This document shows, piece after piece, positions 41,790 through 57,196 of a stretch of DNA of 64,000 nucleotides. The first letter of the stretch is position 1; each line of letters starts with the position of its first letter. Source of the DNA: Octopus vulgaris. Its lineage: Eukaryota. The notes under the pieces were generated by a model that made no database searches, had not been told where the DNA came from, and worked only from the letters and a program-made list of their open reading frames with translations. The stretch lies in NCBI GenBank assembly GCA_951406725.2, contig OX597832.1, forward strand, positions 7,750,001-7,814,000. The letters run 5' to 3'. The position numbers were made by a program, and so were the translations under genes.

Positions 41790-41845
<56 letters not shown>

Positions 41846-42990
41846 TAGATATATATATATATAGAGAGAGAGAGAGATAAAACGTACTTGGAAGAGGATG
41901 CATGGTGTTCAGTTATATAATGATATATACATATATGCATACACACATACGTACATGTACACATCTACATCTATATGCATAAATATATGCATATGTCAGC
42001 TCATGACGTCAAGAAACGTGTACACCAAAAAAATACGAAGTACGAGTACATGGAATATGAACTATTCCTTCGAACAACGAAAGACACAAATATAATACAA
42101 GATAAACAACAGAAAGAACGATCTTTCATCAGTTGTCGACTATTTTTCTACTCTCGTATTTCGAGCATTTATCAAAAGGATACGCTTTTGATAAAACAGT
42201 TGCTCCCGCAAAGCAAATTAAATAAGTTCTGGGAGTTTGCGTAGGGTAAGAATTAGTAACACAAAGAGGACAGCGAAAAGAAACAGGAAGGACTAAGCCG
42301 AAACGAAGTTGTGGTTGCGAACGCGTAAATCAAGCTTGGAAAGGAGATAAACAAGAACACGTCTTCCTTGATCCTGCTACAAAGGAGAGAAAGAAAGAAA
42401 CACGAGTTAGGAGAAGAAAGAGGGCCGATGGTCACGTGGGAGCCACATGAGCAAGAGAGGAAGAGTGAGGGAGAAGGAGTGACAGACAGAGAACTGTGAA
42501 GAGGAGAGGAAAAATTGAAGATAGGAAAAGTGAGAAAAAATCAGGAGTGAGAGAAGTAGAAGAATAAGAGAGAAAAACGAAAGAGTAATAGGATAGAATA
42601 ATGGGAGAAGAGGAGGTAAAAGAAAATGAGTGCGAAAAAGAGACAAAAATGAAAGGGTAAAAAGATAGTAGAGTGCGCATCAGAGTTAGTTGGAAAGGGA
42701 TGCATGGCGTTCAGTCATATAATAATATAAGTAATATACACATATATGCACACACACACACATGTGCACATGTACACACCTACATCTATATGCATATGTG
42801 GGCACAGGACGTCACGAAACGTGTACAATAAAAAATACGAAATACGAGTACATGGAATATGAACTATTTTTACGAACAATGATAGACACAAATGGAAAAC
42901 AAGAAAACAACACAAAGAGCGACCCCTCATCAGTTGTTGCCTGTTTTTCTAGTCTCATATTTCGAGCATTTAACAACAAGATACGCTACA
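41615..42990. repeat. Three dispersed copies of a ~170-bp unit
   Basis: CATGTACACA...GACGTCA.GAAACGTG.ACA...GTACATGGAATATGAACTATT at ~41620, ~41953 and ~42768. Confidence 0.85.
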
Positions 42991-43464
42991 CACACACACA
43001 TATATATACATATACAGATACATACATACATACATACATACATACATACATACATACATGCATACACACACACACACACATATATATAGGTGATTAAACA
43101 CATAAAATATATTAAATATAAGTATGATAGTTTGGGTATGAAATACTAAACATGTATATATGTATACATATCGGAGTCTAAGTTTTATTCTTTTGAGTAC
43201 TATTTATCATCTGTGAACCATGCATACATACATACATACACACATACATATATACATACACACACACATACATACATACATACATATATACATACATACA
43301 TACATACATACATACATACATACATACATACATAAATAGATACATACATACATACATAGATACATACATATATACACACATACATACATACATATATACA
43401 TACATACATATATATATACATACATACATATATACATACATACATGCATACATACAAACATACA

Positions 43465-43498
<34 letters not shown>

Positions 43499-43923
43499 CA
43501 TACATACATACATACATACATACAGAGTCAGAGAGCCATAGGTATGAAAGACAGAGTAATGTACAGTTCATATGAAGTTCTCTATCATACAGTTAAAATT
43601 GTTTGAGATAGACACTAGAAAATGTGTTGGTAATAAATGAGTGAAGTTAAGAATTAAACAAACAGGACCAAAACAAATTAAAGGCTTCACAACGTTTTGC
43701 ATTTTTCATTATGTTTCCATACTTTGGCTTTAAAAGATCCCTTATCAGGAGTCAAAATGGAGGATGTCAACCACTTTCCTGTCGATAAGAGATTTTAAAA
43801 ACCCGAAATATTTAAATATAAGGTAAAATTTTAATCTGTTCTTTTTGCTTTATTTTTGTTTCCATTCGTTTCTTTACAATGCACAATCCAGTGTCTTTCA
43901 AAAAGCATCAACAACAGCAACTT

Positions 43924-44002
<79 letters not shown>

Positions 44003-44008
44003 AAATAC

Positions 44009-44077
<69 letters not shown>

Positions 44078-44157
44078 GAATGAGGACAGAAAGATGAAGG
44101 AGAATAGAGTATATACAATCACCAGCATATATGGATATGTATATATATACATACACG

Positions 44158-44259
<102 letters not shown>

Positions 44260-44684
44260 TACATTATATGTGTGTGTGTGTGCATACACACACGTTGAGT
44301 GTACGCACGTGAGTATGCCTGTATATATGTACGTATGTATACGTAATAGTCGAAATATGGCGTAGCCTGCAGATTACAAGCTGGTACGTACATCAGCTGC
44401 CTCACTCATTACCTTAATATCTTCTCTTCTCATCGAATGAATTTTTCTCTTACTTTTCTTTTTAATTCATTTTTTTTTGTACTCATTAGTATATTATGCT
44501 TGAGCGCACGTGTACGCGTATGTATGTATGCCTGTATGTATGTATATATGAATGTATATATATATATGTGCGTATGTATGTTTGCATATATACATGTTTG
44601 TGTGTATGTAAGTATATATATATATATATATATATAGACACTAATGTAAATATAGGTATTTATATATACTCACACATAGTATAC

Positions 44685-44822
<138 letters not shown>

Positions 44823-45091
44823 CGTATATACACACAGTTACATATATTCTCCTCTAGCACTTATTAACGTTGTAAAAGGAAGCAATTTAACGCGCGAAAT
44901 ATATAAAAAGTAGGTAAAACTACGAAAAAATTACAAAAAAAAGACAAGATGCCAAATAAGAATAAAAATACATTCAACAATGAATAGCTGGAGAATATAA
45001 TTCACCGAACATTTTAGTTATCAACAATGTTTAAAACAGTTTATTGTTGGTCGTTTCTCATAAATAATGGTGGTAAAATATATATGTATAC

Positions 45092-45211
<120 letters not shown>

Positions 45212-45280
45212 ATACATGCACATATATCTATATATCTATCTATATCTATATACATATATACGTGTATGTATATAAATACA

Positions 45281-45320
<40 letters not shown>

Positions 45321-45432
45321 CCCATACATATATATCTATATACAACGAGAGAGAGAGAGAGTGATTCAGGGAGCTGGACAGAGATACATATACATATACA
45401 TATACATGTATGTATGTGTATATGTATGTATG

Positions 45433-45471
<39 letters not shown>

Positions 45472-45977
45472 ATGTGTGTGTGTGTATTAACATACATGAA
45501 TACTTAACCGTTTGCTTATTATTTACGCTATAGTTTGATTGTGCGTGTAAAATATATACACACCAATTTATATACACATTTTTTCTCGGCTTTATCTACT
45601 TAGCCTTTATTTATCTCTTTGTATTTTCCTCCCGTTAACTGTTTCTATGTTAATCCACAGCTATGCCTAATTTAGTGTATATCGATGCCTTTATCTGTCC
45701 ATATAGCTAGAGATACATATTCACATACATAAAACATACGTTTCTGTATGATTCAGATTGTACATATGGAAATATCCATACGCTTGTATGTGTGTATAAG
45801 GTGCGTGTGAATAAGGGCGTATGTCGTATAAATTTTAAAATGTTTGTATGTGTGTATACATATATATATATGTGCGTGTGTGTGTGTGTGTCTATATATA
45901 TACATGTATGGGCTTCTTTACGCATGCTAAACCACTGATTTTCTTATAAACAATAATCTCCCCATACACACACAAAC

Positions 45978-46013
<36 letters not shown>

Positions 46014-46029
46014 ATATATATATATATAT

Positions 46030-46310
46030 AAAATTATAATTTAGGATATCTAAGAGATACCTCCACGCTGGAAATAGCAGCCAAAACTTGACTTTAAAAC
46101 CACAGTAAATGTTCATACAGCACCGGTGCGACCTGAGAGCGTGGCCGTAGCAGAGGAGGTCGTCTAACCCAAGTAATTTTTTGCTAGTTTATCTTGTCCT
46201 TTTGCCATCTCTCCTGGTGCTGTATGAACATTTAATGTGGTTTCAGAGTCAAGTTTCAGCTACTATTTCCAGCGTGGAGGTATTTCTTAGATACCCTAAA
46301 TTATAATTTT
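46030..46310. mobile_element. Fold-back/MITE-like element with ~95-bp inverted arms
   Basis: 46030-46124 is the imperfect reverse complement of 46216-46310. Confidence 0.75.
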
Positions 46311-46444
46311 AATAATAATTATTACCTGTGAAGGTGTTTATTCCCACGCTGGTCACTTGATAAGATCGATAATTAAATTAACGATCTTATACTTATTTAT
46401 ATAAATTTATACATATGTAAACATACATACATACATATGTAAAC

Positions 46445-46566
<122 letters not shown>

Positions 46567-46656
46567 TATTAAAAGGGATGAAGCCTTTTTCTCTACAGAA
46601 AAAAGCTCCATCAGGAATTGTGGCAGTATATTAAAAGAACTTTTACGGTTAAAAGA

Positions 46657-46698
<42 letters not shown>

Positions 46699-46783
46699 AT
46701 CGAAATATGAAAACACAACAACGCGAGGACGTGGAACAAGTATAGTGTCACTGGACGCCCAGGAAAGGAAAGAAAGAAGGAGG

Positions 46784-46818
46784 ATTTAACGTTTCGAGCG
46801 TAGCTCTTCGTCAGGAAC
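46784..46818 (-). ncRNA. Minimal hammerhead-like motif
   Basis: Minus strand GTTC-CTGACGA-A-GAGC tac GCTC-GAAA-CG-TT-AAAT; helix I weak; lies in a ~200-bp unit (46695-46895) abutting (TA)n. Confidence 0.6.
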
Positions 46819-46906
46819 ATGGATAAAGGAAAGGTCCAAAGAAGGGAAGACGAATGAAGAAAATCGCCAACGATACACATGCAGTTACATATTGAATGTA
46901 TATATA

Positions 46907-48007
46907 CACGAAGTGGTATCGAAATGTTCCCGGACTAGTTATGTAGCGAGTAGTATGTCTCTTTTACATTATGATCAAGAATCACAGGCTGCCATAATTT
47001 GAAATCTCATTATATTTTCTTTTCTGTGCTGCTTGCTTTGCTCAGCTGCAGTCATTATATCTAGTTGCCCTTGCTATAACCTCAATCTAGTACTCTGAGC
47101 TTTCATGTTTTATGGTAGTTATGCAGCGGAATGTTTGTGTAGCGTGCGAACAGATGGCAGCACATGGTCGTGTGCGCAGTGAAAGCTAACAGTGACCTTT
47201 ACACAACACTGTGCCGAGAGTGACATCGGTGTGTTTACTTCGTAGGCTTGGAATTTGTGTTTACGTGAAGACGTGTATGCTGTAGTTTGCGATTAATTTC
47301 ATGAAGAGGAATTTGGAACAAAGAGCCAACGTGAAGTCTTGCATTAAACTTGGAAGGCCTAATACAAAGTGATTGAGCAAGCTTACGGTGACGAGGTAAT
47401 AGGTCATACGCAATATTTTGGGTAGCATGGGGATTCAAAAGCGGAAGAACACTTCTGGAAACCGATGAGCGATCTGGAAGCCCTGGCAAAATTGTCACCT
47501 CAGAAATGTGGAGAAAATTCATCAGTTTGTGGATGAGAATCTTTACAGAGCAATCAACGTCGCTTTGAAGTATTGAAGGGAGAACGTTCAGTGAGCGCAA
47601 CCGGGTCTGTGGGGCACAACGATTTGGTTTCTTGACCACGACAATGCACTGTTATTGAGCACTAATAAGTTTCTCGTTAAAAACAACGTTGTATCGCTTC
47701 TGCCTCTGCCCTACCCATCAGATTTAGCACCGCCGGACTTCTTTGCCCAACATGAAAATGTAGCCCAAAGATCGACGTTTTAATATCGTTGCCGAGATCG
47801 AATGCGAATTACAGAAGGTTACCTCGCTTACGGAAAACGATTTCTAGGCCGAGTTCAAAAAGCAGCAGGAACGCTGACAACGGTTTGTTGCTGCGCAAGA
47901 TGGCTATTTCGAATGATACAATGTAAAAATGATATAAAGTACAAAGCTAAATGGGTTATTTTTTGCTAAACATAATGAGTCTGGAAACCTTTTAATGCCA
48001 CCTCCTG
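46907..48007 (+). mobile_element. Decayed mariner element
   Basis: 37-bp imperfect TIRs (46907-46943, 47971-48007), TA flanks, transposase remnants EQRANVK.CIKLG, WFLDHDNA and PYPSDLAPPDFF. Confidence 0.88.
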
Positions 48008-48250
48008 TACACACACACACATATGCATATATATACATACATATATATAATATATATATATATGCATTTATATATGCATATATACACATAAATATATATA
48101 CGTATATATAAGTACGTACATATATATGTATACATGTGTGTGTGTATGAGTATAAACATGCATACATATATGTATATATGCATACATATATATATATATA
48201 TATATATAGTGAATGGAATAAATGGATTGTACAGAATACCTTTTATTACA

Positions 48251-48330
48251 TTCTACACATGTTTCGAAGGCCACAAATTTCCAAATTCTGTTTAAATATG
48301 GGTACCATATTGCGGCTTTCTCTTCAGGAA
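48251..48330 (-). ncRNA. Type I hammerhead ribozyme with extended helix II
   Basis: Minus strand TTC-CTGAAGA-GAAAGCCGCAA...TTGTGGCCTTC-GAAA-CATGTG-TA-GAA; internal hairpin AATATGG/CCATATT. Confidence 0.75.
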
Positions 48331-48444
48331 AAAAAACAGGAATTCCGTTGACAGGACAAAACAAAACAGAGGCACAGCAATTCGAACGAAGATGCTCCTT
48401 AGGAGCCCATGGCTGAACTGTGTATAGATATATACATATGTGTG

Positions 48445-48480
<36 letters not shown>

Positions 48481-48552
48481 CACACATATGTATATATCTA
48501 TATAATCACACATATGTATATATCTATACACACACACATATATATATATATA

Positions 48553-48720
48553 TGTGAAGGCGCATGGCTTAGTGGTTAGGGTGTTGCACTCACGACTGCG
48601 AGATTGTGGGTTCGATTCCCAGATCAGGCGTTGGGTTGTGTTCTTGAGCAAAACACTTCGTTTCGCGTTGCTTTGCGATCACTTCCTTTTCTGACATGTA
48701 GCATATGTTGCACCTGCACA
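48553..48720 (+). mobile_element. tRNA-derived SINE, family C-like head
   Basis: GGCGCATGGCTTAGTGGTTAGGG...GGTTCGATTCCC A/B boxes. Confidence 0.7.
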
Positions 48721-48724
48721 CATA

Positions 48725-48965
48725 AGTTAAGTTAATTTTTGGGCTCAAAAAAGCAAAAAGCAAGGCCATGTAGGGGGACATGGAGTTATGTACAGGATGG
48801 TATTCATGCAAAGAGTTCAGGCCATTTGTGGTCAAGGGAGACTTTGAACCGAGCGGTCGTCGGCATCTTCACTATCTCGACCGGCAGCTTATTCCACGGA
48901 CCGCAACCCGGACGGAGAAATCCCCTCTCCTTCGATTATTTTCCATATGCGTTAGCATAAAATCG
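48725..48965 (-). mobile_element. CR1-type LINE 3' end
   Basis: RR..FSVRV...WNKLPVEIVK...RFKVSLD...stop, short UTR, (TTAAC)-like tail. Confidence 0.7.
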
Positions 48966-49049
48966 TAGTTCTTGATGTCACTCATGCATCTACCGCTCGC
49001 ACACAGGCACTCATGCGCGTACACATATCACATGCGCACACAGAATACC

Positions 49050-49281
49050 TATTTCTTTATTACCCACAGGGGGCTAAACACAGAGGGAACAAACAAGGAC
49101 AGACATAGGTATTAAGTCGATTACATCGACCCCAGTGCGTAACTGGTACTTAATTTATCGACCCCGAAAGGATGAAAGGCAAAGTCGACCTCGGCGGAAT
49201 TTGAACTCAGAACGTAGCAGCAGACGAAATACCGCTCAGCATTTCGTCCGGCGCGCTAACGTTTCTGCCAGCTCGCCGCCT
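49050..49281 (-). mobile_element. SINE family A, full length with TSD
   Basis: Flanked by ATGCGCACACAGAATACC (49032-49049) and ATGCGCTCACAGAATCCC (49282-49299). Confidence 0.9.
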
Positions 49282-49804
49282 ATGCGCTCACAGAATCCCT
49301 TTAATTTCATTGGCTGCTTGCCTAGCTGCCTACATATATATAGACACATACACAATTTCTGTACCTCCGTTGTATTATTTGTTTGTGAAGAAATTTTCAA
49401 TTACTGCCATATACATTTATACATTCACCAACTCGTTCATCTCTTCCTTTCTCTCCCCTCTTGCCTCTTTCAATCTTAATCCCTTACTAAAAAACGACCT
49501 CACTCTATCACACTAATCTATCAACGTTAACTATCAATCTGTATGTCTGTCTGTCGGGCTGTCGGTCTCTCTCTCTCTCTCTCCCTTTCCTCTTCTTTCT
49601 ATAAACATTCCGGATGAACATGATAAATATATATATAATTAGAACAGGTTATCATTTCATCAAGTGCCTAACTGCTTACTGTCAAATATAATTTACATCA
49701 GAAACCGGCAACAACAATAACAAACACATCGACGAAAAAACAAACATAAGATCAAAAACAGCAAAGGTGTAATATTATTTAGATAGAAAATACTTAAAAC
49801 ACTA

Positions 49805-49842
<38 letters not shown>

Positions 49843-49942
49843 TTTGCTGCTGCTTCTGCTGCTGCTGCTACTACTACTACTACTACTACTAGTTATAATA
49901 CTACTACCATCACCACCACCACTGCTGCTGCTCTTAGTATTT

Positions 49943-49988
<46 letters not shown>

Positions 49989-50004
49989 AACAACTACTAC
50001 TACC

Positions 50005-50048
<44 letters not shown>

Positions 50049-50073
50049 CAACACCATCACCACCACCGCCACC

Positions 50074-50148
<75 letters not shown>

Positions 50149-50504
50149 GCGATTATAAGTAATATGGCTTCCGAGATTACATTCTTCAGCAGAAACTCAC
50201 ACCCACACAGTTTCAGCCTGCCACACCAGCCTGTAACATTCGAATTACTTACAACTGCCCACAGAGACGTGCCTGAGTCTCAAATCCTGTGGTCTATAAA
50301 GAGCCGTACTTAAACCATATGTTAGGCATCAGGAGACGCGACACAGGCGACATACCTGTACAGTGCCCATCCTTATTTATCTGGTGTTTATAACTGCCAA
50401 CTCTGCTTCCGTCAAAACCATAATATAATCCAGCATATTTCCAAAGGAAAATTTACTGTCCTTTTGTTTGCATCAGAGTTATGTAATTCATGTTTAACAA
50501 CATT

Positions 50505-50893
50505 GTGGAAGCACTCCGTCGGTTACGACGATGAGGGTTCCGGTTGATCTGAATCAACGGAACAGCCTGCTCGTGAAATTAACGTGTAAGTGGCTGAGCA
50601 CTCCACAGACACGTGCACCCTTAACGTAGTTCTCGGGGATATTCAGCGTGACACAGAGAGTGACAAGGCCGGCCCCTTGAAATACAGGTACAACAGAAAC
50701 AGGAAGTAAGAGTGAGAGAAAGTTGTGGTGAAAGAATACAGCAGGGATCACCACCATTCCCTGCCGCAGCCTCGTGGAGCTTTTAGGTGTTTTCGCTCAA
50801 TAAACACTCACAACGCCCGGTCTGGGAATCGAAACCGCGATCCTATGACCGCGAGTCCGCTGCCCTAACCACTGGGCCATTGCGCCTCCACAA
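50505..50893 (-). mobile_element. tRNA-derived SINE, family C, full length with TSD
   Basis: TSD TTAACAACATT at 50494-50504 and 50894-50904; A box TGGCCCAGTGG, B box GTTTCGATTCC. Confidence 0.9.
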
Positions 50894-51962
50894 TTAACAA
50901 CATTAACAGACTACCGTAAACCTAGGTAAACAACACACAACTGCAAGTTATATAATTCCTGCTGCTTGTGAGGTTATTGTCTATTCAAAGTATTATAAAT
51001 GTGATGTATTACTACCTGGCTATATTTCCACATACATGTTGTCGTAGTAATGTCAACATGCTATATTTTACACCATGTAGGGTGTATGATGAAAGAATTA
51101 CAGCTAGAAGCCATTATAAAATTTCTTTCAAACTATTTCCATCTGAATCACTATATTTAACGTTGCAAACTTGGTCTGCGCCCAAGTTAAGGAAACTGCA
51201 ATGAAACCTATTACTATGTACAATCGCACACATACAGATGCACAAACATACAATCACAAACACAAGCAATCACATGCTTATATCCTTCAATTAAGTACGA
51301 ATATTAGTTAATAATCGCATCTCTTTCGAACTCAGTAATATCCAAATCTAAGCATGAAGATCTTGTCGGTTACCTAATGTAGAACTTCGTACAATGCATG
51401 GTTTAAAAGCCGAGTAAATATTAAATGTAAAGCTGCTTTCTTAAAGCTGTTACTAAATTCCAGTTTCTCAAATTGATAGTGAAAATAAATGTCCGTACTA
51501 AATCCACATTTATTTGCATCACATCATTTGTGTTTCTCCATAATTCAGCAGACCTTCCTTCTACTCTATAGATATCACTGAATTCTACTCGGTGAAAAAA
51601 AAAAAACCTGTCTTACACAAGAACACAACTTGCCGCCCAGGAATAAATCCTACAACTTTATAACTGTGAATTGAACACCATAACAACAGGGCCATGAGGA
51701 TCACACATTCACACAAACACGCCCCTCCACAAATATACACACACGTAGGTCGGCACGAATCTATAGAAAGCGAATTTCGCTCCAGATTTTTCACTCATTA
51801 GAATTGAACTCGCTGCCTCATAGTCGTGTAGCGTACTTTTTAGCTATTCTACATAAAATACATACATATAAATATACATAAAACACACAGACGCACAAAT
51901 ACCCACACACGTATGCATATATATGTATGTTTATGTATACATACATACATACATATACATAC

Positions 51963-52007
<45 letters not shown>

Positions 52008-52465
52008 TATACGAACATACTCATACACACACACATACACTCACACACTCACGCACACATATGCATTAAGTTTTGTGTCTTGCTACGTGGCTTTTTTTAA
52101 TATAATTGTTATTATTGTTGTTGTTATTTTTTATAAACGTTTTCTTTTGGCTGCTAGTCATTGATTGCAGTTTTTTTCTTTTTTTTTTCGTTGTTGATGT
52201 TGTTCGTGGTATTTCCTTTTTGTGTGTTGTTGTTCACCACGACGTGTATTATTAATCAGAAATGTAGTATGACGGAAGGAAAAATGACCAGTAGCCATCA
52301 ATAATAATAATAATGATGTTAATATTAACAACAACAACAACAAGAATATTTATAACAGGAATAACACCAATAATAACAAAATATTTAAAATAAAATCAAT
52401 ATTAATGATGATAATAAAGATAATAATTAGAAAACAAAGAAAGAAAATATAATTATATGTATGAA

Positions 52466-52524
<59 letters not shown>

Positions 52525-52646
52525 ATATATATGTGTAGGAAAATAGAAAAAGTGATATTATATATATGTATGTTTGTGTGTGTCTGTGGCTGTGTGTGTG
52601 AGTATGATTGTATATATATATATATATGCATATTGATACATATATA

Positions 52647-52686
<40 letters not shown>

Positions 52687-52695
52687 TATATAAAT

Positions 52696-52726
<31 letters not shown>

Positions 52727-55678
52727 CCAGTATATATCTGTGGGCATATATATGTATATACCTCCGCACATGCATATATGCATACTGACACATATACACA
52801 TACATGCATTCATACACACTCACACACACACACACACACACATACACACATTCACACACTCACACACAAGTTGCAACATTGATAAAATATTAACAGAGAA
52901 ACATCCCTCACGAGGTTTAATGATAAGACAAAGACACACAAACAGATACACACTATATATAAACACTTGCATATATATACGTACGCATAGAAAACAGCGT
53001 ACATATTAATTAGCCGTAAGATATGTTCAGTTTTAATTATGTATGCCATTTTGCGTTTCAATTATTCTCGATGAATATTGGCTTGTTTCTTTATGTTCTG
53101 TGCTAAAACCATTGTAGAGGTTGCTTTATAAATTTATACAGCAGGCATAATATCGCAGATATTAAGGTGGCAGCACAATGATCAGAAGGTTAAAGGCTCA
53201 AATTTTATAACATGACAGTTATTGTGCCATTCCCCTGAGCAAAGCACAAATGTCTTCTAGTCATAACTTGCCTCAGCTTTATGAGAAGAAGTGTTTCATT
53301 TATATTTTACGGATGTGATGTGAAAGAAAATAAATGCACAGAGCCGTAAAAAAGTATATGCTGTCTCAAAGGAAAAAAGAATGATAAAACATCACACGTT
53401 CGCTATAGACACTAGGACCCAGGGGAAGCAAAAGAAAATTATTAATCTTTCGATTATAGAAGTGTAAATGGTTAAGGGTGAGAGTAAAGAATGTAAAGCA
53501 CTTAGCCTGGTGCTCTACCATTACTCTTTTATCATCACAACCTATTGTGTATGAAAATATTTGAAACCATTATAAAATATTATATATAAAAAAAATTAAA
53601 CAGTACAGACGTGTATGACGTAAAATGTGACAAATGTCATTTTATAGTTTCAGACGGAAGAGAATAAAATTAAGTGTAGTTTATGTTTTACTTGAAGTTA
53701 TAAGTGACGTTAGTGAAATGAAATATATGAAGATTGGGACTGAAACCGATTCAAAGATTTTAAAACATCCCCTGCTTTACAAACTACACAATAGCTTAGT
53801 AATTGATGCATTTAGTCATGGGCAAGATTTTGAGTAGTTAGTATAATTATTATTATTGAATGGATCGATCGGTAATAGCTGTTGCATTTGTTATATCTAG
53901 TTGTACATGTCAGGTTGAGTTTTACATGGCATTAACACTTTGGAGAAAGTGTATAAATCTATTGAGTATAATTTACAGTTGCTAGTAATTGTGTGAGTTT
54001 AATGAATATTAATAGAATTTTGAGGTGTAAAAATGATGAGTTTATCGACGAGCGATTCTGACCCAGTGTTGTTGGAAATTAGATATAAGAAAGTTTTCAA
54101 CTTTGCTGAATCATTTCAGGGGCAAAGCATAGAAAAACATATTTTCGTGAAAATGATGTTTTCTCAGAGTTAAATCCACTCCAGGAGAGAGGAACTGAGA
54201 CGACGTTTTATCCAGATATATTTGGCAATTGAAAGATTTATGTATTGATCATTTCGATACCGACTAGTAAGTCATTAGATAGCTTCCCTTAAATAGAACA
54301 GGGAAGTCAACACTAACTATGACCTGCAGAGAAACGTCATAGAGTAAAGAAATAACTGAATATAAGAGAATGAAGTCGATATCAAATGCAGAAAACAAAA
54401 ATCCTACCTGGCTATTTGCTGCAGTGTAACAGAACCTGACTCGTTTAGCAGATGAAAACAAAAAGAAGCTGAAGTTTACTAAACGCTGAGTTGTGCCACA
54501 GAAACCAACGATAATTCTGATTGTCTTGTATCAATGCAAGAATTCTTGTAAATCTTCCATCAATACAAAAGTACACAATTTTGATTATGCATATGTGTGA
54601 CGGTTCGTGAATATATCATCGTTACATTTGACTTCCTTTCTCAACTCGAAGTTTCATTTTGCAATTGTATCAAAATGTTAACATTCATTATTCATTATTT
54701 ATGTATGTATAAATATGTATATACACATATAATTACTTCGATAGTTAATATTGAAATCAGTATAAAACTATATATAATTGGCGGTGCTGCAGTGTTACCA
54801 GAAACGTAAACATGGAGTTGACAGACCTCTTCCCACGGGTCAACACCGGAAACTCTATGCAGTCACATGCGCTGCTAGAAATAGCAGCCATATCTTTCTC
54901 AAATCATATCAATAAATGTTAAGGATACATTCATTAATGTAGCTTTGGACACAACTATATTTTAGTCAGGAACAAAGGAGTTGTTCAAGGTTCAAATACC
55001 TTTGATGTTAGGTCTGCACCCATCGGAGTTATTCCGAGGTTAAGCAACAAGGAAATACTCTTTCGGTTCAAAAACTAGAATATGCTTAACTAGACAGGCA
55101 GCAAAATACAGTATGGCTGTGTCGTTAAGATGTGTACTTTCGAGCCATATAGTTTAGATCTGGGTTCGTTTCCACTGTATACTTCATTGACCAAATATTT
55201 TCTAGTATATCTTGGATGTGACGTTTGGCAGGCAAAACCTCTGCAAGCGTCTATTTGAATGTACTCGAGATGAGGAGCATCCAGTAGAATGTAATACAAT
55301 ATCCAGTTATCCAGTGTTACACAAAAATGATGTCAGCTAGATCACTATTTCGCAAGAGAAACTTGCTCATGAAAAGAATAGAAATCTTACGCGTGTGTGT
55401 TTGGGTATACCGTTTGGAACCGGAGCATCGAGTTGTGTTGCTTCCCATCAGAAAATCTATAAAGGTTAATTTAGCTGTTTGTTACACATAGGTCGATTAA
55501 ACAAGTACTGGGGTCGAAATAATCGTTCATAGCCCTCGATTACATGGGGCGCTCCGGTTTAATCGCGGTACTAATAGTATTGAAGCTAGTAAAATGCGAA
55601 AACAACAACAAACAATACTTCTAATATACGAAGCTTACTTGATTATAGAATTTTCGGTTTTACAAAGAACAATTGAAG

Positions 55679-55745
<67 letters not shown>

Positions 55746-55883
55746 CACTACCACGACTACTACTACTACTACTACTACTAGAGATGCAAGTGTCTCATTA
55801 ATTTCATTATGGCGTACGAATTACACAACGATCTATGCGTATATATATATGTATGCGCATATACATGTGTGTGCATATATATG

Positions 55884-55946
<63 letters not shown>

Positions 55947-55986
55947 GTGTGTGTGTACACGACACACACACATACATATGCACCAA

Positions 55987-57159
55987 TGAGTGTAAGTCAA
56001 AAGCTGTACGCAGTCTTTTTCCAATAATTTATTTAAAAAAAGATACAGGGTATGAACAATTACACTATTTTTCAACATAGTCTCCGCCTTTTTCGATGCA
56101 CTTCTTCCAGAGGTTCACAAGCTTGCGTATTCTATCGGAGAAGGCTTTCGGTTGGTTGCGCAATCATTTTTGCACGGCGTCACTTTCTGCTCCTCTTTGT
56201 CCGTAGTAAACTGACGACCATTTAAAGGATGTCTGAGCGGTCCAAAGAGGTGATAGTCGAAAGTGACTGGACCGTTCCAGCAACACAAAATTCAATTTTT
56301 CAATGGTTTCAACGGTGTAAGTTGAAACATTTCAATAGTTTCAACGGTGTACGTTCATGTTGGCGTGCATTGTGGTACAACAACAACATTTGCCTTGACC
56401 ATAGATCTCAGTCTTTGGTGCAAAATGCTGGTTTCAATTTGTTGGCCAAAATTTCCCTACAGCTTGCACTAGTGACTGTAGACCCCTTTACCAGGTAATG
56501 TTCCAGTATAGGGCTTTTCGCGTCCTGAAAACCCGTTAACGTGACTTTTTCTGCTGAAGGACTTGAATTTCGGTTGTTTCCAATCCATACCCTGCCTGGT
56601 CCAAGGTCATCGACCTAAGTATCCCCCCCCCCCCAAAAAAAAAACAACAACTAAACCTTTGTAGCGGTCTAGTATCCCATGACAGATAACGTGATTGCGC
56701 TTATGCGCTTCGGTAAGCTATCTTCGCACCCATTTCCTCACTGACTCTATGAACTAGTATGTAGAACTATGACTAATATACAGAGAACATGCCACATCAA
56801 CAATGGTCATCTTTCGAGCTTGTTGAATCTTCACTTCAGTGGTGGAGGTTGACGGGTGTCCTGTTGCCTCCTCATCCTTCACGCTTGTCCGACCATTTTT
56901 GAAGTCCCGGTCCACTAATAGACACTTCTACGCACTGGTTCAATATTGTACTGAGAGTCCCTGACACACGTTCCGACCTGAGAAATAGATCCACTGAGCT
57001 CCATTCTTCCTTGCTGCACACAGGGCCAGCAGAGCGGCTATGTTTAATCCGTAACACAAGAAAGCGAATAGGAGCGATTAATGTCAAACTTCGAGCGCTG
57101 AAGACAGTGCAGCCAACGTAAAGAAAGTTTTAGTGAACGTGCGGATAATTTGTGACTTA

Positions 57160-57165
<6 letters not shown>
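55987..57165 (-). mobile_element. Decayed mariner element
   Basis: TIR-like GTAAGTCAAAAGCTGTACGCA vs reverse-complement GTAAGTCACAAATTATCCGCA; remnants G.TVTS, LLYHNARQH, LFGPL...L.GRQF, RKLVNLWKKCIEK.GDYVEK. Confidence 0.8.

Positions 57166-57196
<31 letters not shown>

Noticed and set aside
50810-50890. Possible tRNA gene (also near 19220-19290 and 48555-48625)
   Set aside because: A/B boxes continue into a SINE body; no proper acceptor stem
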